DNA of 38,893 nt, taken from positions 1-38,893 of the forward strand of contig NW_021835517.1 in assembly GCF_006345805.1 (NCBI RefSeq), given 5' to 3'. This document shows positions 35,078 through 38,893 of the stretch, piece after piece (within the stretch, counting starts at the first letter, position 1; every line of letters begins with the position of its first letter). Made by a program: the position numbers and the translations under genes. A model generated the notes under the pieces. The model was not told the DNA's origin and searched no databases. It was given only the letters and a program-made list of their open reading frames with translations. Source of the stretch: Octopus sinensis. Its lineage: Eukaryota.

Positions 35078-35100
<23 letters not shown>
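33915..35100. repeat. ~1.2-kb degenerate (TG)n purine-pyrimidine alternating tract
   Basis: Direct reading; source of the 537-aa and 411-aa His/Thr ORFs. Confidence 0.9.
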
Positions 35101-35109
<9 letters not shown>

Positions 35110-35298
35110 TCCCATGTACAGGAAACTTTTTTAACCCCTTCTATAACCACTTTCCTTAAATAATGGAGCTGCAACTACAATGTTTTATATTTTATTCCTA
35201 TTTTCATTCTTTTATTCTTTCTATATTCCCTATATCCTCCTTTTCCACAATAATTCCTTATTTCGAACTCAAACATTTGCCTCTAACCATCTCACATT

Positions 35299-35346
35299 GT
35301 CTTTGATGAAGGAATATCCATAATATCCCAGAAACAGCTGTAAGAC
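35299..35346 (+). ncRNA. Type I hammerhead-like motif (C3U variant), same family as 22766-22817
   Basis: GTCT-TTGATGA-A-GGAATAT(CCATA)ATATCCC-A-GAAAC-AGCT-GTA-AGAC. Confidence 0.5.
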
Positions 35347-35884
35347 TATATGTATATATTTTTCCAAATAAGAAACAAATGGAAAACAAGAATGTAACAT
35401 AAAAATGACCCTTCATCAGTTGCTGGCTGTTTATAAACTCCACATTTCGAGCAATTACGACAAGATGTGTCTTCGAGAAAACTGTTGCTCCCGCAAAGCA
35501 AAATAAAATTTGGAATTTGCGGAGAGTCGAAGTTGGTACCAAAATCAGGACAGTCAAAACAAACAGTAAGGACTGCTAAGCCATGAAGAGTTGAGGTGGC
35601 GAACGCTGGAGGAACAAGCTTTGACAGGAGAAAAGATACGAGAGGAGATAGACAAGAATGCGTGTGATCTGTGTGGCAGATCAAAAGGAAAGAAAGAAGC
35701 TCAAGTTAGGAAAAGAAAGATGGCCGTTGGTCACGTGTGAGCAATGAGAGAGTAAAGGAGGAAGAGTGAGAAGGAGAGAGGGACAGATAGGGAACGGCGA
35801 AAGGGAGAGGAAAAGAAATAGGGAAAGGATGAGAGAGAAAAAACGAAAGGGCGAGAAGGGGCGTTCAATCATATAGTAGTATAA

Positions 35885-35922
<38 letters not shown>

Positions 35923-36099
35923 GTATATAGTATTTATTATTTGGGAAAGTTATTGTTTTTCAAATTCTAAAAGTTTTCTTCATAAGACCGGTTATCCAGT
36001 TTCCATGGCGTTTAAGCAACTAAGATCACAACATTCTCCCTGAAGGGGAAGCTGATCCGTTGCAGAAGTCTGGGCCACCAATTTTGATAGATGGAGCGG

Positions 36100-36236
36100 G
36101 GTGAGTCGATTAATTGACCGATATTATTTTGTATTGACCCCGAAGGGAGAAAAGACAAAGGAAACTTCGGTGGTATTTGAACTCAGATTGCTACTTAGTA
36201 TTTTGTCTGGCGTGTTAACGATTCTGCCAGTTCGCT
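36100..36236 (-). mobile_element. SINE family B, diverged
   Basis: GACCCCGAAGGGAGAAAAGACAAAGG..ATTTGAACTCAG..GTTAACGATTCTGCCAGTTCG. Confidence 0.7.
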
Positions 36237-36769
36237 TCTACTTGGCCACTTATTGCTTATTCTTCGTAGAAAAATGATCTTCCATTACATATTCTTCGCA
36301 AAATATAAAAAGATAAATAAAAAACGGACTCCATATCCAAATAGTAAAAGAGCACCGCGGTGTCCAGTATTTATCTCTTCTCATAAATTCTCTGTTATTG
36401 TGGAGGTCATACTGCTAGATAAGAAAACTTTTTCAATGCTAGATTTGAAAAATAGTATTTTAATTCTATCAGTGACAGAAAGTAAAGTTTCCACTCTGCT
36501 GCTACCCATTTTAATCGGTGTGTTTCTCTGCGATGCTTTGCCCGAGATAACGAAATCATGTCACTATAGGAAACTGAACTTCTAAGAAGGTGTGTGTGTG
36601 CGTATACAGATAAACATATACACACATTTATATATATATGCACATACACATATACACACGCACATACACACACACACGCACACACACACACGCACACACA
36701 CACGCACACACATACACACACACAAATACACACACACACACACACAAATACACACACACACACACAAAT

Positions 36770-36806
<37 letters not shown>

Positions 36807-36809
36807 CAT

Positions 36810-37022
36810 CGTTAGAAGGCCGGGCAAAATGCTTAGCGGTATTTCGTCTACCGATACGTTCTGAGTTCAGATTCCATTGAGGTCGACTTTGCCTTTCGTC
36901 CTTTTGGAGTCGATTAAGTAAGTACCAGTTACATAGTGGGGTCGATGTAATCGACTTAATCCTTTTGTCAGTCCTTGTGTGTCCTTCAATGTTTAGTCTC
37001 CTGTGAGCAATGAAGAAATAAA
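36810..37022 (+). mobile_element. SINE family B, 5'-truncated
   Basis: CCGGGCAAAATGCTTAGCGGTATTTCGTC..GTCGATGTAATCGACTTAATCC..CAATGAAGAAATA. Confidence 0.85.
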
Positions 37023-37189
37023 TATACTAGCTTCTCTCTAGTTGGACTATGTACTCAACAAATGTTTAAACCATCGCCTTTTCCTCACTCTTACGTATAC
37101 GCACACACACAAAACAAAACACCCTTACACACAACCTCATCTTCTTTCTCTCTGTCTCCCCCTCTCTCTGTCTTAATGCCTGTATACTC

Positions 37190-37560
37190 CAACATATTGA
37201 AAAATACAACTGTACCCTTTCTTTTTCAAGACATGGAACCTCTCCCTGATCCTGCTTCTCCGATATCTCTCAAATAACTGTCTACGCAAAATCTAATACA
37301 TTTTCCTCTTCAATGACCACCGGTGTAAGTTCTAGAGATCCAGATTCCCTGGAGAGACTTCCGTTTCTTTGCTAACATCAGTTGTCTTCAGCTTCAACGA
37401 AAACAAATTTGTTGTCCTTCAAAAATTTCGCCCATGTCTGACACGAAAGTTTTTCTGTCAAACTGTCAACCGATCAGCTCAACCCGACACTAACCATCTG
37501 GACGCTTCAGCTAACAGCTCACTCCATGCCAGCACGTGCCTCCTTTCTTTCACAGCCACA
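37190..37560 (+). pseudogene. Possible heavily decayed Penelope-like ORF fragment (region upstream of RT)
   Basis: Manual translation with stops (..LPDPASPISLK*LSTQNLIHFPLQ..WRDFRFFANI..VFLSNCQPISS..) loosely resembles the pre-RT region of Penelope ORFs; weak. Confidence 0.25.
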
Positions 37561-37713
37561 TCAACTCCTGTATAATTCAGAACTTAATTATAGCCTCTGC
37601 ATCCTTCACACTTCTTTTGTTACATTAACGATATTTCTTCATGGTCACCCTTACTACTTTCATTGGAACAAACACGCAAGAGACAGTGCGGATGTATACA
37701 CACACACACACAC

Positions 37714-37801
<88 letters not shown>

Positions 37802-38403
37802 TTAAGCACCAATACATAACCTACTCCTTCATTTTCCCACACACAGACTTCATTAACGTACAACCAAAACATGCCACATCAAATGTACACGTTTCGGTGA
37901 TTATCGATCTCATCTTATACCCATAATGCAATGCTAGGTTTTTACAATCTAGTTACATTCACCAGAGCTAAATCAAAATGCACAACACAATTCTTTGCTT
38001 CCTACTTATTAATAAGAAATAGACAAAAACTTCAAAAATCTTTGATAATCTTTCTTAATCCGCTCACATTTTGTATGTCGAAGAAATTACATCTCAAAAA
38101 CAGAAAGAGCTGATCGCATTTTAAAAATGTATAAATTTGTCTTACATCACATCACTGATTACCGATCTTGTCTGTATACGTGATATACACGCAATCAAAC
38201 ACACACAGATGTTCATACACATATATGTATGCAGAGTCCCAAATATTATAAATATTCTAGAATTTTGAAACTTCATTCATTCTGTCTAAACATTATCTAA
38301 TCATGAGACTGTATCTATTCTTTATCTTCAATATTCTTTCAAAGCCACCACAGTTCTTGTTTTAATACTAACATACCGACACAGCCTATATACTATATTA
38401 TAT

Positions 38404-38439
<36 letters not shown>

Positions 38440-38700
38440 ATTAGATATATATAATATATATATATATATAATATATAAAAATTCGGAGTGAGTACTTGAT
38501 AATTGTAAGCACCTGTATATATATGCATATATGTGGGCACAGGACGTCATGGAACGTGTACAATAAAAAAATAGAAGTACGAGTACATGGAATATGACTA
38601 TTTTTTCGAACAACGAAATACACAAATAGAAAAAAAGGCAAACAACGTAAAGAACGACCCTTCACCAGTTGTGGCTGTTTTTCTACTCTAGCACTTCGAG

Positions 38701-38816
<116 letters not shown>

Positions 38817-38829
38817 TATATATCTATAT

Positions 38830-38893
38830 AGGCGTAAGAGTGGCTGTGTGACAAGTAACTTGTCTACCAATCACATGGTTCCGGGTTCAGTCC
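38830..38893 (+). mobile_element. SINE family A head, cut by window end
   Basis: GGCGTAAGAGTGGCTGTGTG..CACATGGTTCCGGGTTCAGTCC. Confidence 0.85.

Noticed and set aside
33485-35098. 537-aa and 411-aa His/Thr/Tyr-rich ORFs
   Set aside because: Translation of a degenerate (CA)n strand that is nearly devoid of G, so stop codons are rare by composition; no domain or codon structure.
35400-35465. Minus-strand GCTCGAAATGTG..CTGATGAAGGG (similar at 38650-38700) as a permuted hammerhead
   Set aside because: Helix I and II partners could not be paired; probably decayed parts of a related repeat.

Overview
AT-rich, repeat-saturated eukaryotic non-coding DNA (intergenic or deep intronic). The SINE families and microsatellite load point to an octopod cephalopod genome (inference from recognised repeat sequences, not a database result). 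I recognise no host protein-coding exon; almost all ORFs in the supplied track are translations of (TA)n, (CA)n, (ATT)n or (CAC)n microsatellites. The real coding remnants all come from transposons: two R4/Dong-clade non-LTR 3' ends stacked in a (TAA)n array at 13.0-14.1 kb, a CR1/L2-type RT C-terminus at 6.2-6.8 kb, a 900-bp internally deleted Tc1/mariner with TIRs and TA TSD at 23.4-24.3 kb, and possibly a decayed Penelope ORF at 37.2 kb. There are about 19 copies or fragments of one tRNA-derived SINE, about 9 of a second, a non-autonomous Helitron, a Mutator-like foldback MITE and two RTE-like 5'UTR copies. The most interesting hidden layer is structural RNA: six clear minimal type I hammerhead ribozyme motifs plus one degenerate one, from at least three short repeat families, the clear ones with a palindromic helix III (Penelope/retrozyme-like); a conserved multi-stem fold at the RTE-like 5' end; and a ~240-bp tRNA-like tandem unit arranged as an inverted array. 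There is also a perfect 74-bp spacer-less palindrome. Folds and translations were done by eye and need computational confirmation; most repeat boundaries are approximate.
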